Shown in pieces: positions 51,107 to 60,537 of a stretch of 64,000 bases of DNA (positions are counted from its first letter, which is position 1; each line of letters begins with the position of its first letter). The notes beneath the pieces were generated by a model. It had not been told where the DNA came from and made no database searches. It saw only the letters and a program-made list of their open reading frames with translations. This stretch comes from Candidatus Bathyarchaeota archaeon. GTDB taxonomy: Archaea; Thermoproteota; Bathyarchaeia; Bathyarchaeales; Bathycorpusculaceae. The stretch lies in assembly GCA_963772455.1 (NCBI GenBank), contig CAVYXJ010000011.1, forward strand, positions 32,001-96,000. The letters run 5' to 3'. A program made the position numbers and the translations under genes.

Positions 51107-51526
51107 ATGGCAAAACTTAAAGCAAGTGCAAAACTTTTAGAAAATGTCCGTTTAGTAACCGGTAATGGTCGAGGTCACAACGTAATCTGTGATTTATCTG
51201 AAGCTGCCGGAGGAACCAACGCAGGCCCAACACCTTTAGAGTTAGCTTTGATGGCACTTGCTGGCTGTGGAGTTATTATCTACGCAGACGTATGCAAGAA
51301 CAGCAAAATTGACCCTGGCAACATTGAGATCTTGGTTGATGCAGAAAAAGCCTCTGATTCACCAACCCTAAAAGGAGTAACCATGAAAGTAAACATTGCG
51401 TCAAAAACACGAAAAGCTCTTGTCGAAGCAGCTTGGAGAAGAACTGAAGCAGGTTGTCCAGTACTTCTTGTTTACAAAGAAAAAATACCTGTAAAAGTTG
51501 ACGTAGAAATAAAAACCGCAGAGTAA
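51107..51526 (+). CDS. OsmC family protein
   Basis: GGTNAGPTPLELALMALAGC...EAGCPV. Confidence 0.9.
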   Translation: MAKLKASAKLLENVRLVTGNGRGHNVICDLSEAAGGTNAGPTPLELALMALAGCGVIIYADVCKNSKIDPGNIEILVDAEKASDSPTLKGVTMKVNIASKTRKALVEAAWRRTEAGCPVLLVYKEKIPVKVDVEIKTAE

Positions 51527-51613
51527 AAACTGTATTACTCTCAAATTTTTTTATTTATGGTTCTTATTTACATTTTTCAACAAAATTTTTTAGGAACGCT
51601 CCCTTATTATTGA

Positions 51614-51802
51614 GTGAGGAGAAGGAGAATGGAAGCGGACATTTTGTTTAGCATGCGAGAGATTAATTGTAATCATCGGAAACAGGAATTGTACACTCAA
51701 AGACGTTTTGATATCTTAAACGGGTTTGAATTTAAATTAACTAGATGCATTAATTGCCATAAAATTGTAGAGTTAGAAACAAAGAAATTTTCTAAGTGTT
51801 AG
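51614..51802 (+). CDS. Small Cys/His (Zn-ribbon-like) protein
   Basis: CNH...RCINCHK; likely ATG at 51628 after AGGAG. Confidence 0.55.
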   Translation: MRRRRMEADILFSMREINCNHRKQELYTQRRFDILNGFEFKLTRCINCHKIVELETKKFSKC

Positions 51803-52214
51803 TCTTTTGGTCTTTGGAGTATAGGTAGAGTTTGCCTTTTTTTAGCTGATCTAGTGCATTTTGTGTTTCTAATGATGTTAGTTTGCAAGTTTTTGGGTTT
51901 TTTAGAAATGGAAGTTCTTCAGGTGCATTCTGGATGATATGAAGATCTTCCCATGTAACTTTGAGGTCTTCTGAGGGTATATTTGTGTTAACATCCATGG
52001 CCCATGCGCCTGCATCTAATTCGTCACCTTCCGGTAGGGCTGTGAATGGACCAAGCAGACTTTTATCCTCAAGGTTGTATAGGAAAATTATTGAACCAAC
52101 CTTGATTTGATCTTCGTTGGGCTTAGTTTTTTCATCCGCACAGGTGTATCGTTTATTGCTTAGGCATTGCTGTTGGGATGTTTTGTTACAATAAAATACA
52201 TATCCGTCATACAT
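51792..52214 (-). CDS. DCD (development and cell death)-like / EVE-PUA-like domain protein
   Basis: GYVFYCNKTSQQQCL...IKVGSIIFLYN...LLGPFTA resembles the DCD core. Confidence 0.7.
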   Translation of the reverse strand: MYDGYVFYCNKTSQQQCLSNKRYTCADEKTKPNEDQIKVGSIIFLYNLEDKSLLGPFTALPEGDELDAGAWAMDVNTNIPSEDLKVTWEDLHIIQNAPEELPFLKNPKTCKLTSLETQNALDQLKKGKLYLYSKDQKTNT

Positions 52215-52350
52215 AACTTGTTAAAACCTTCTTCTATAATTGGAAACCATTCGGCGTTTATTTCCTTTTCTTTTTTGCATTTACAAAATAAGCGCTCAAA
52301 TTAGAAAATTATATTAAACATTGCTTATGTTGCTAATTTGTACAGGTGGA

Positions 52351-53767
52351 ATGAGCTTTCAAGACTGTTTCAGTTGCTAAGTTCGGCGGGAGTCTTCTTG
52401 ATGTCGAAGGCAAAGGAATCCCAAAAATAATCAAGCGAATAGCTGAAATCAAAGATAACGATGCTCATGGATCAATAGCTGTTTTTTCGGCACCAATGGG
52501 CTGCACAGATGCTCTCATAAAAATAGGGGAGTCTTATGCGCAAGCTTGTCAACAACCTTTGGATCCTGTTTTTGAAGTCTATCACAAATTAGCCGGGATT
52601 TATGTTAAAGGAAAATGGCTAAAACATGCCAAAGAGGAATTAGCTAATTACAAGGCTTTGACCCAAGCTACCCTAGACTCAGTGAACAAACGTTTCAGCG
52701 GAAATATCAAAGCCCGAACGCTCACCTTAGGAGGGGAGCTTGCCATGTCTATGCTTATGGATTACATTCTAAAAAGTCATGAAATAGATTCATTTAATCT
52801 TTCCATGGAAGACTGGCCGATTGTTACTGACGACAATTTTGAAGATGCCTTACCAAATTTTGAGTTAAGTAAGAAAAAGATCCATACCCTAATCGCTCCC
52901 TTAGAAGAGAACAAAGTTGTTTCGATGGCAGGTTTCTTGGGAGTCACAACAGACGGACTCGAAACAATCTTAGGTAGGGGTGGATCAGACTTAACTGCTG
53001 TTTTCACTTCTTGCCTTCTTAAAGATGTTTACGCAATAAAAACTCTACTTTATAAAGACGTCCCGATTCAAAGCGCTGATCCCAAGGTTGTGAGAGGACA
53101 AAAAACTGAACACGTTAGTGCATTAACCTACAATGAAGCACATAAAGCTTCGATGATGGGTATGAAAATTGTACAGAGCCCAGCTATTGCAATGGCAAGA
53201 CGTTTTAGTCAACCATTAGTAGTTGTACCAATCGATGAACCAAAAATGCAATCTGTCATTGAAGCTGAAACAACAGGTGGAGAAGTTGTAAAATGCCTAA
53301 CTGGCAAGTCCGGCTGCGCAATTCTCTCCATGAATGATGAGAAAAGCCGCTCGCTCGAAGATTCCTTGCGTATATGGGAACGAAGAAACGACTTCATGGA
53401 TTTAGGCGCTGAAACTATGGAAACAGGAGAGCGCATCCGCGATTTCCTTTTCTTAGATTCAGAATTTCTAAAGAAAAACGAAGAAAAAATCAAGGGGTTC
53501 GATGAAAAAATGCGAATAAATTATGGTTTAGGTGTTGTTACGTTAATTGGTGATCGAATGAAGGATTCACCTGGTGTAGCTTCTTTAGCCATAAGTGCTA
53601 TTTCAGGCATCAATATTAAACGTGGAATCTTTGCACCGCACACATCGCAGATTATTTTAGTTGTTGAGGAAAAAAATGTTAACGCAACGGTCGCTGCAAT
53701 TCATCAGAAAAAACAAGAACTTAACAAAGGTCCTACCTGGCCTATGGGTTTTCAGTCATCAGCTTGA
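52351..53767 (+). CDS. lysC: Aspartate kinase; +1 frameshift in codon 3 (ATGAGCTTTC)
   Basis: VAKFGGS upstream of the called ORF in frame; VFSAP, LGRGGSD.TA, ADP, C-terminal ACT (IGDRMKDSPGVA); 1417 = 472x3+1. Confidence 0.88.
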
Positions 53768-53849
53768 CAAATCAAAATGATCTTACTTTCTGAATATTTT
53801 AAACTAATTTGATACCACTTTCAATGACCTCTCCCAAAACACTCAACGT

Positions 53850-53863
53850 CGGGTGAACACCCG
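53850..53863. promoter_or_regulatory. GC-rich inverted repeat just upstream of a TATA-like box
   Basis: CGGGTG-AA-CACCCG followed by CCTTTTAAG. Confidence 0.45.
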
Positions 53864-53907
53864 CCTTTTAAGCATTATTCAGAATATCTGAGTTTCTGTG
53901 AACAAAT

Positions 53908-54114
53908 GTGACCCAAAATGAGATCATAATAGAAAAAGAACTATTGGTAGACTTGAAATTACATAATATATCTGCAGAGATGCTAAAAGAGTTCGCGACA
54001 AAAATTGTGAAACCCTATTTTGGCGGCAATATGAACAAAGCCATCAGAAGTCTAATGGAAAAAGCTGTCGAAGAAGAAACAATAATTAACAAAGCTTATG
54101 ATCATCGAAAGTAA
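53908..54114 (+). CDS. Small ribbon-helix-helix-like protein
   Basis: VDLKLHNISAEMLKEF...GNMNKAIRSLMEKAV. Confidence 0.6.
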   Translation: MTQNEIIIEKELLVDLKLHNISAEMLKEFATKIVKPYFGGNMNKAIRSLMEKAVEEETIINKAYDHRK

Positions 54115-54288
54115 TTTGTATAAAGCATGATTTGATTTTTTATTAAGTATGCAAAACACAAAAACTTGAAATGATTGCAGTATTCTTCACACTTTTTGAA
54201 TTGAGGTTGAAGGTAGCTTTTGTGATTGTGCTTAGGCAGTCACAGAGTCTTAAAGCCAAGTCTATCCAAAAATAAGATGGTGTTTTAA

Positions 54289-54567
54289 TTGGAAAAAAAT
54301 ATGATGAAATATCAAGTTTTAATCAAAACAATCTCAGGTAAAGGCGGAGATTTTTGGGAAGCTTTCAAAAAGATGCCGACAGAACCAATGAAAGGAGTAA
54401 TGATCGAGTCCTCATGGAGTTTGTTTGGATATTGGGATTTCGCTCTTTTCTTCAAAGCCGACAGTAATGATAACAGCCTTCATTTCGTTGGTGAAATATT
54501 ACGGGCTATGCCAGGTATTGCAGAAACCAGTACTTCACCAATGACTATGCTTAAAGAACACAAATAA
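54289..54567 (+). CDS. GYD/Lrp-RAM-like ferredoxin-fold protein
   Basis: SSWSLFGYWDF...PGIAETST. Confidence 0.75.
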   Translation: MEKNMMKYQVLIKTISGKGGDFWEAFKKMPTEPMKGVMIESSWSLFGYWDFALFFKADSNDNSLHFVGEILRAMPGIAETSTSPMTMLKEHK

Positions 54568-54621
54568 AATAGGCAACTTTCACCGATTTTTATTTTAAAT
54601 CTTTTTTTTAGATGAATTTGA

Positions 54622-54897
54622 TTAGTTTCTAGCTGATGTCTGGGTTCTTGTCGCTTCAAGTAGAGCTTGTTCTGATAGGAAATCTGCTAATTTTTCCAGT
54701 TCATCGGGTGTTGTTTTATGTTTTGTGGCAACATGATTGGCTATTGCTTTGTTCATCGCTTTTAAATCTGGGACAACTAAAATTTCCGTGCCGCATAAAC
54801 ATTTTATGATTGGCATCCTTTTTTTATGGACGGGGAATCTCCTCTGGCGACTTTTGTTTGTAGAGAATTTAGTGTTATTAGTTCTTTTTTTAGTCAC
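54622..54897 (-). CDS. Small Zn-binding-like hypothetical (CxC...H...H)
   Basis: PIIKCLCGTEILVVPDLKAMNKAIANHVATKH. Confidence 0.7.
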   Translation of the reverse strand: MTKKRTNNTKFSTNKSRQRRFPVHKKRMPIIKCLCGTEILVVPDLKAMNKAIANHVATKHKTTPDELEKLADFLSEQALLEATRTQTSARN

Positions 54898-55134
54898 CAG
54901 CTTTTCCTCGTTATTGGATATTGAAATAAATCTTAGTGATATCTGATATAAGAAGTATTAGTATGCACGATACTTATATTGAATATTTACTTTGAAATTC
55001 ATAAATTTCTACAAAAAAAACCACAAGCATCTGGGATAAAGCAAAGTGCTATAAAATCGCTTATTTAAATATATAAAAAAATATTTTTGATTGAAAATCA
55101 TTAATGCATAACTTGAATGGTAAATTTTTTATTA

Positions 55135-55257
55135 CTAAGCATGAATTATCTCTGGTTCCATACCCAAGTAATGTTTTGAGTGACAATCTGCTTTTGGGCA
55201 GCCCTCGCAACTATCGAAAGTGGATTTCTGGCATGGAAGAATGTAAGCGCGATCCAT
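55135..55257 (-). CDS. Uncalled 40-aa Cys-rich microprotein
   Basis: MDRAYILPCQKSTFDSCEGCPKADCHSKHYLGMEPEIIHA*; purine-rich GGGAAGTGA upstream; GC-richer than flanks. Confidence 0.5.
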   Translation of the reverse strand: MDRAYILPCQKSTFDSCEGCPKADCHSKHYLGMEPEIIHA

Positions 55258-55392
55258 TATTTTTTTTCACTTCCTTATTTCAGTATTGTGTAATGTGTCT
55301 TAATATAATATGCACATTTAAGGTTTCTGCACCAATTATTCACAAAACAGTTCCACAAATCATTCTTGCAGCTAATCTACCATACAATATTG

Positions 55393-55599
55393 CTATTCAC
55401 GATTTTCATCTGAACTTTCCAAATCCAAAACTTGAAGTTGCAAATCCTTGTTAATAATAAGCTCAACCTGACAAACTGGGCATTGAATTATTTCTCCAAC
55501 AGCAGAATATTTTACGAAATCTTCTTTATCAGAAAAAATATAACTGCATTCAGGACATTGTGCTGTCAAGATTAGAACCTTAGTAACCAGTTTTAGCAT
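55393..55599 (-). CDS. LysW/ArgW-like Zn-ribbon protein (divergent C-terminus)
   Basis: CPEC...VGEIIQCPVCQVEL...acidic tail ending in Glu (SDENRE instead of EDWGE). Confidence 0.65.
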   Translation of the reverse strand: MLKLVTKVLILTAQCPECSYIFSDKEDFVKYSAVGEIIQCPVCQVELIINKDLQLQVLDLESSDENRE

Positions 55600-55668
55600 A
55601 TCAACCTAATAAAATGATCTGCATCCAAAATTTCAAATAAATCTTCAAATACAAAAAAAGAAGAAAGT

Positions 55669-56049
55669 TTATTCTATGTGCCATTTCTTTGCTACTTTGA
55701 CAATAACAAAGACTACTAAAGCGACAATTATGAAAGTAATTAACGCTACCAGAAAGTCGCCTATGCCAAAGACTTGACTTAGCAGTGTTGCAGAATAAGA
55801 TGCTAGATCTGACATGCCTGGAATAATTAAGCCTAGCAACGGAATAATGAAGTCTTTGACAAGCGCTTGAATCAAGGTGCCAGCATATAAAGCTAAGATA
55901 AAAGCCACAGCTAAACCAAATATTTTATACTTTGATAGAAAATCCTTGAACTCGTTTACGAATCCTTTTGGCGGTGTCGGTGGTGGAGCTTTTTCTAAAG
56001 CAGCACTAATCTTCTTTAATTCTGTTAAAATTTCGTCTTCTTTATCCAA
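55669..56049 (-). CDS. mscL: Large-conductance mechanosensitive channel
   Basis: EFKDFL, LAVAFI, LVKDFIIP, GDFLVALITFIIVA. Confidence 0.88.
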   Translation of the reverse strand: MDKEDEILTELKKISAALEKAPPPTPPKGFVNEFKDFLSKYKIFGLAVAFILALYAGTLIQALVKDFIIPLLGLIIPGMSDLASYSATLLSQVFGIGDFLVALITFIIVALVVFVIVKVAKKWHIE

Positions 56050-56199
56050 ATTAACGAACTCCTTAGAGATAATTGGTTCAATTTTTTTATAAGACTTTCC
56101 TTTTTCTAGCAGTAAACATTAATGAAAAAAATACTGTATTAAAAAAAATTTTATTAATTGGAAATTTGAATTGTTTTAGGAGAATTTTTATTTGTGAAT

Positions 56200-56325
56200 T
56201 TAGCTATCAACTAAATGAGCAGTGCCGTCGGGGCAGTAGACTTTTTCACCAACGATTACTCGACAATAACGTTGTTTGCATAAGTGCAGTTGATTTGAGC
56301 ATCCTTCACAGTTTTTACTTAACAT
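56200..56325 (-). CDS. Uncalled 41-aa Cys-rich microprotein
   Basis: MLSKNCEGCSNQLHLCKQRYCRVIVGEKVYCPDGTAHLVDS*; GAGGCGA upstream. Confidence 0.6.
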   Translation of the reverse strand: MLSKNCEGCSNQLHLCKQRYCRVIVGEKVYCPDGTAHLVDS

Positions 56326-56486
56326 TTTATCGCCTCTTTTAATTCAATCTTTAGTAATAATACATCTTACTTAATAAAGAATATGAATTTTAGATTACTA
56401 AGAAAGAAATTCAAGAATTATTACAACAAAATTGGTACAAAAATAGGAAATGACATGATAAATTGAGATTTTGAGTCCCAAAAAAA

Positions 56487-58549
56487 TTAAAATTTAATGA
56501 AGAGAGAAATGATAGGTAATGAATAAAGCCTGTGGTGATTAGGTAAGAGACTCTTCCAGGTTAACGTTGGCTTATCCTCCTTGTTGACCAAGTCATTTTC
56601 TAACAGCCCAACTTCCTTGGCGTCTTCAAGCTCTTCTTTAAGCTTTTCAATCTCGACTATAGAAGTTGACTGTTTTTCGAGTTCCTCAGCAATTCCCTTA
56701 ATTGTTGGAGTACCTTGTTTTTTTGCGTTTTGTACCGCTTTAATTAAGAGCTGGCTCTTAGTTGGAAGTTTGTTATAGAGTATAAGCAATGATGATTTTT
56801 CCTGCAAGTTCAATATTAACCTATAAATTATTAATACCATAAGTAGAATCATTGATGCTGCTGAGAGGGCTAAGCCGTTTTGGCTAATTGCCAAGGCGAT
56901 TGATGTCCAGGTTTTGATGGGTTGCCAGTAGTCGTTGACTTCTTTTGCAATTGGCAATAGTAGTTTCTCTGATTCTGAAACATCACTTGTTGATTTCGGA
57001 TATGTGACTAGGCTGAGTTTCACATGTTTTTGTTGGGTTTGATTATTTACGGTGAAAGTTGCGGTTTCGTACCAGTAGAGAACAACTTGGGTCTGGTTTG
57101 TGCTGTGATATTGGAATGCAAAGTAGCGTCCAACTATGGGTGGATTTGCTTGGGTTTGGATATCTGTTAGGTCAAGTTGAGTTACTTTTGGCTGTATCCC
57201 TTGACTGAGAGGATAGTTAATGAGACAGGTTTCCCAGCGATGAAGTGGTCCAGTAGTGGCTGCAAGTTCAACTGCTACCCAAATTGTGGGTTTAGCTGAA
57301 TCTGTTGAGCCATAGGCATAAACGAGGGATGCATCTTCGCCTGAGAGTTCTTCAAAGTTGGTGTCTCGGTAAACGTAGCTAAGGTTGTATCCAGGGATTT
57401 GTGGTAATGGGAGAATTTGGGTGTTGGGTTGCATGCCTGAGGGTGTTTGAACTAATATTTCGGCGGGTCCTTCAGTTAGAGCAAAGACCGGCGCTTGAAT
57501 AGACAGCAACAAACCGATGACTATCGCGATGCCAGCAATTTTTACTATGTCATTTTTGGTTAACTTCATTTTTGGGTATTTGATTATTTTTCCGCAACTG
57601 GAGCAGAAGTCTTCATTCGAAGTTGTGTTACAACTTAGGACAGGGTTGTTTTGGTTTAGGCTTTTTCACGAATTTTTCAGTTGTTATTAGAAGAATCAAT
57701 GTACCTATGAACATCAAAACTGTTGCACCCATGGTATGAAAGACTTGTAGAGCAAGTGATTCACCATAGCTGTTGCCAATTGCAAGAATGGAAGTTATTC
57801 GTATAATGTTTAAGCACGATAATTAGGGGTATGCCCATTATGAGAATTAAGAATTTACTCCACAATTTGCCTCTGGTGATGTACGCGATGAAGACCGCGA
57901 AAATTACAAATCCTATTAAACTGTATACTCCTGAACACGCGACGTCTACGCTGAAATTCATTATTGTTTGATCGGGTCTTGTAAGTGTTATTATTGGACT
58001 ACCATATTGAGCGGAAATCGTTGACGCCATTCCAAACGCGTTCGCTAAAGCATTTGACGCATGAGCGCTGAGGTCCGAGAGGGTTGAGCCAACGCTATAG
58101 AGGATTTCTGTTGGCGGTGGAGTTAAGAAAAATAAGAAAACAATTGGAAATGCAAGTTGTTTTAGAGTTTGAGCACCAAACAAAATAAGAATTAAGCCAG
58201 ATATTAGAATTGGAAGAGTAAGCATATGATACTCAAGGGGTGTAAAAGTATACGAGCCAAACCAATATGCCAAAACAGCTATGGCACACAACAGAATCCC
58301 AACGATGACTGCGAAATTCTTTGCGAAAATAGATGGAGATAGTTAATCCCTCATGTTTGAAATGATGCATTAACCATTGCTCTTTTGCGATACAATAAGT
58401 AGCCAAATAGGAAAGGAATTGCTAAAATGTGGTAAGTTGATTCATCTCCTAGAGCATTTCTGAAAATAAGGTTTAGGTCCTGCAGAAAAAAAGCAACAAC
58501 GACCGCAACCATAAAAAAAGATTTTATGGCAATAGCTATGTTATGTTGT
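56487..58549 (-). CDS. Exosortase/archaeosortase fused to Zn-ribbon, EpsI-like and wHTH-like domains; broken by at least 4 single-base insertions, start uncertain
   Basis: Joined reading: ...STYHILAIPF...VDVACSGVYSL...LNIIRIT...VFH (Cys/Arg/His triad) - CPSC..CSSC - LHRWETCL, QVVLYWY - helical tail; shifts at about 58357, 58340, 57810, 57635. Confidence 0.8.
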
Positions 58550-58830
58550 CATAGGTACTTTATATTGAGGTTTTTGTGTTGCAAGTTATGGACCTTATTT
58601 GTGAGCTGAATATCTTTATTGTTCAGGATTTTAAGTTAGTGGTTTTCAAGTGAAAATGTACATTTTTTTGAATGAAGGGAACTTTTGTTCCCAATTATAT
58701 TGAAGCTTCACCTTTCTCTCCATCCGTAAGATGGGTTTGAAGTTTAAAAGGCATATTTCAATATTGGATGTATATCAATACTTGAAAAATATTAATTTTG
58801 GATTCGAGCCAGTTTGAACACAAGGAAACG

Positions 58831-58857
58831 TCACTGTCTTAGTCTAAGAACCAGTGA
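58831..58857. promoter_or_regulatory. Imperfect inverted repeat in the divergent intergenic region
   Basis: TCACTG-TCTTAG-T-CTAAGA-AC-CAGTGA. Confidence 0.35.
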
Positions 58858-59040
58858 TAATAGTTTGTGCAGGTATAGCAAATTGGATTAAAACCAGGCA
58901 GATTAATCCATTGATTTTCCTAAAGAGAAGAGTTTTTTCGGGGTTTTTTCTTTGTATTTATTGCAGTTTAGGTTAATTGAGCATTTGCACAACGGTAATA
59001 ACAACTTTTTCTGAAGAGTTTAATAGACCCCTTGTGATAT

Positions 59041-59682
59041 TTGCGATGTAATAGAGGTTTTTCTCTGTTTGCCATTGGTCATTTTGCGTTGGGATACTTA
59101 GTAGGAAAAGGTTCCAGTAAACTTGCCAATGTTAAATTGAATTTACCTCTTCTATTTGCAGCCTCGGTGCTTCCAGATATTGACTTGTTATTTAGCTTCC
59201 TTATGCATCGGGGACCTACACACTCGTTAATTGCCATAACAGCCTTGATGATTCCATTTTTCATTATTTATCGCAGACAGGCTATCCCATACTACGCTGC
59301 CTTGCTTTCTCATATTTTTCTTGGTGACTATTTCACAGGGGGAATTGAACTTCTCTGGCCTGCGTCTCATGGTTGGTTTGGAGCATTAAACTTTGAAGTA
59401 ACTAGTTTACCTAGTGCGTCCGTAGAACTTGGGCTTTTCATTGTGACATTACCAATAATGTTCAAACTTGGAGATCTTCAGGTTTTTCTAAAACCCAACA
59501 ATAGAAATTGGATTCTAATAATATCATTGGGCGCAACCCTTGTACCTTTGCTCTCTCTTGGTCGTAGTGTAGAAAACTCTCTCCCTCTACTTCTTGCTTT
59601 ACCAAGCGTTTTCTACATAAGTCTATTTGCTTACTCGATGTTCGTTTGGTTAAGAGGTTGGCACAAAGTGGATCGAAAATAG
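59041..59682 (+). CDS. Membrane-bound metal-dependent hydrolase (YdjM-like)
   Basis: AIGHFALG, LPDID, HRGPTHS, SHIFLGD, LLWP. Confidence 0.88.
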   Translation: MRCNRGFSLFAIGHFALGYLVGKGSSKLANVKLNLPLLFAASVLPDIDLLFSFLMHRGPTHSLIAITALMIPFFIIYRRQAIPYYAALLSHIFLGDYFTGGIELLWPASHGWFGALNFEVTSLPSASVELGLFIVTLPIMFKLGDLQVFLKPNNRNWILIISLGATLVPLLSLGRSVENSLPLLLALPSVFYISLFAYSMFVWLRGWHKVDRK

Positions 59683-59689
59683 AATCCTT

Positions 59690-60070
59690 TAGGGAGAAAT
59701 GCTTGGCAACTTAAAACGTCATTCCAAACACGAGACCCCTTAACTATCAAGTAAATACGAGATTCGTCTGGAGCTTTAAGAACGCGGGCGAAGACTCCGA
59801 TGCGGTCAACTCACGCGTTTACAGGTTTGTATCCATTAACTTCGACAAGGTCTTTTAGATCTTTGTCTGTTACGCCAAGCTCAAGGCGACGTTATCGCCT
59901 TTGTCTAACTACTCGGTTCTGGATATGGATTCATTGTTTTGCAGTGTCCAAATCATTAACGAAAACAAAGATTACGAAACCTAAAATCGCTATTATGAAA
60001 CTCGTTACTGTTACAGCTAAAACAACATAGTTCATCCAAAACAGAGATGCAAACTTTTCATCTGACAACA
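59690..60070 (-). pseudogene. Degenerate coding-like stretch: short TM peptide followed by an interrupted reading frame
   Basis: LSDEKFASLFWMNYVVLAVTVTSFIIAILGFVIFVF..* then ELGVTDKDLKDLVEVNGYKPVNA*VDRIGVFARVLKAPDESRIYLIVKG with in-frame stops. Confidence 0.35.
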
Positions 60071-60228
60071 ATGTTGTCGAAGGGTTAATGCTGTTTCAAT
60101 CAATTAACTAAAACCCTCGCCAAGCCAACATACAAAAGAGAAATACGCCCCAACCTCCGCTTACTAATGACTCTCCAATAAATTCTGTGTATTGCCTTAT
60201 GAACAGGTTGTTTTTGAATAGTCCTTCT

Positions 60229-60480
60229 TCAAATATTCTTATGTTCTCTCTTTCCACGTTTGATAGTTCCTTTTAGGGTCTCTACTATCGCCGCTTCTTT
60301 TTTAACTGGAGCTGAGATTTGTTTTTTTGCAAAGTGACTTGGATAGAGAGCTTTATGAGATTCGCGTGAAATTGGGCTCCAAAAATGTTGTTTGCAAGAT
60401 GGTTCTGGACAATCTTGAGCTGTTGCTTCACGTTTAACAGCTTCTTCTAACTCTAGTTTAACCTTAGTCTTTTTGTTCAT
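60229..60480 (-). CDS. Small basic protein with C2H2-like motif
   Basis: CPEPSCKQHF......SHKALYPSH; GGAG upstream. Confidence 0.55.
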   Translation of the reverse strand: MNKKTKVKLELEEAVKREATAQDCPEPSCKQHFWSPISRESHKALYPSHFAKKQISAPVKKEAAIVETLKGTIKRGKREHKNI

Positions 60481-60537
60481 GTTTCAGGCTCCAAAAATTT
60501 TGTAATAATTCTCTTATAAGGCTTGGTGTTTTCGCAG

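Noticed and set aside
55104-55454. + strand ORF of 116 aa (and similarly 56073..56342)
   Set aside because: No protein-like features; both are antisense shadows of the better-supported minus-strand microproteins.
45461-58360. Programmed ribosomal frameshifting in pfkA, proC, lysC and the exosortase
   Set aside because: There is no common slippery motif; unrelated genes, a single error direction and regional clustering fit sequencing error better.
59810-59935. In-frame TGA codons as selenocysteine or Trp recoding
   Set aside because: A TAA lies in the same frame, TGA terminates normal genes elsewhere in the window, and there is no Cys-like context.
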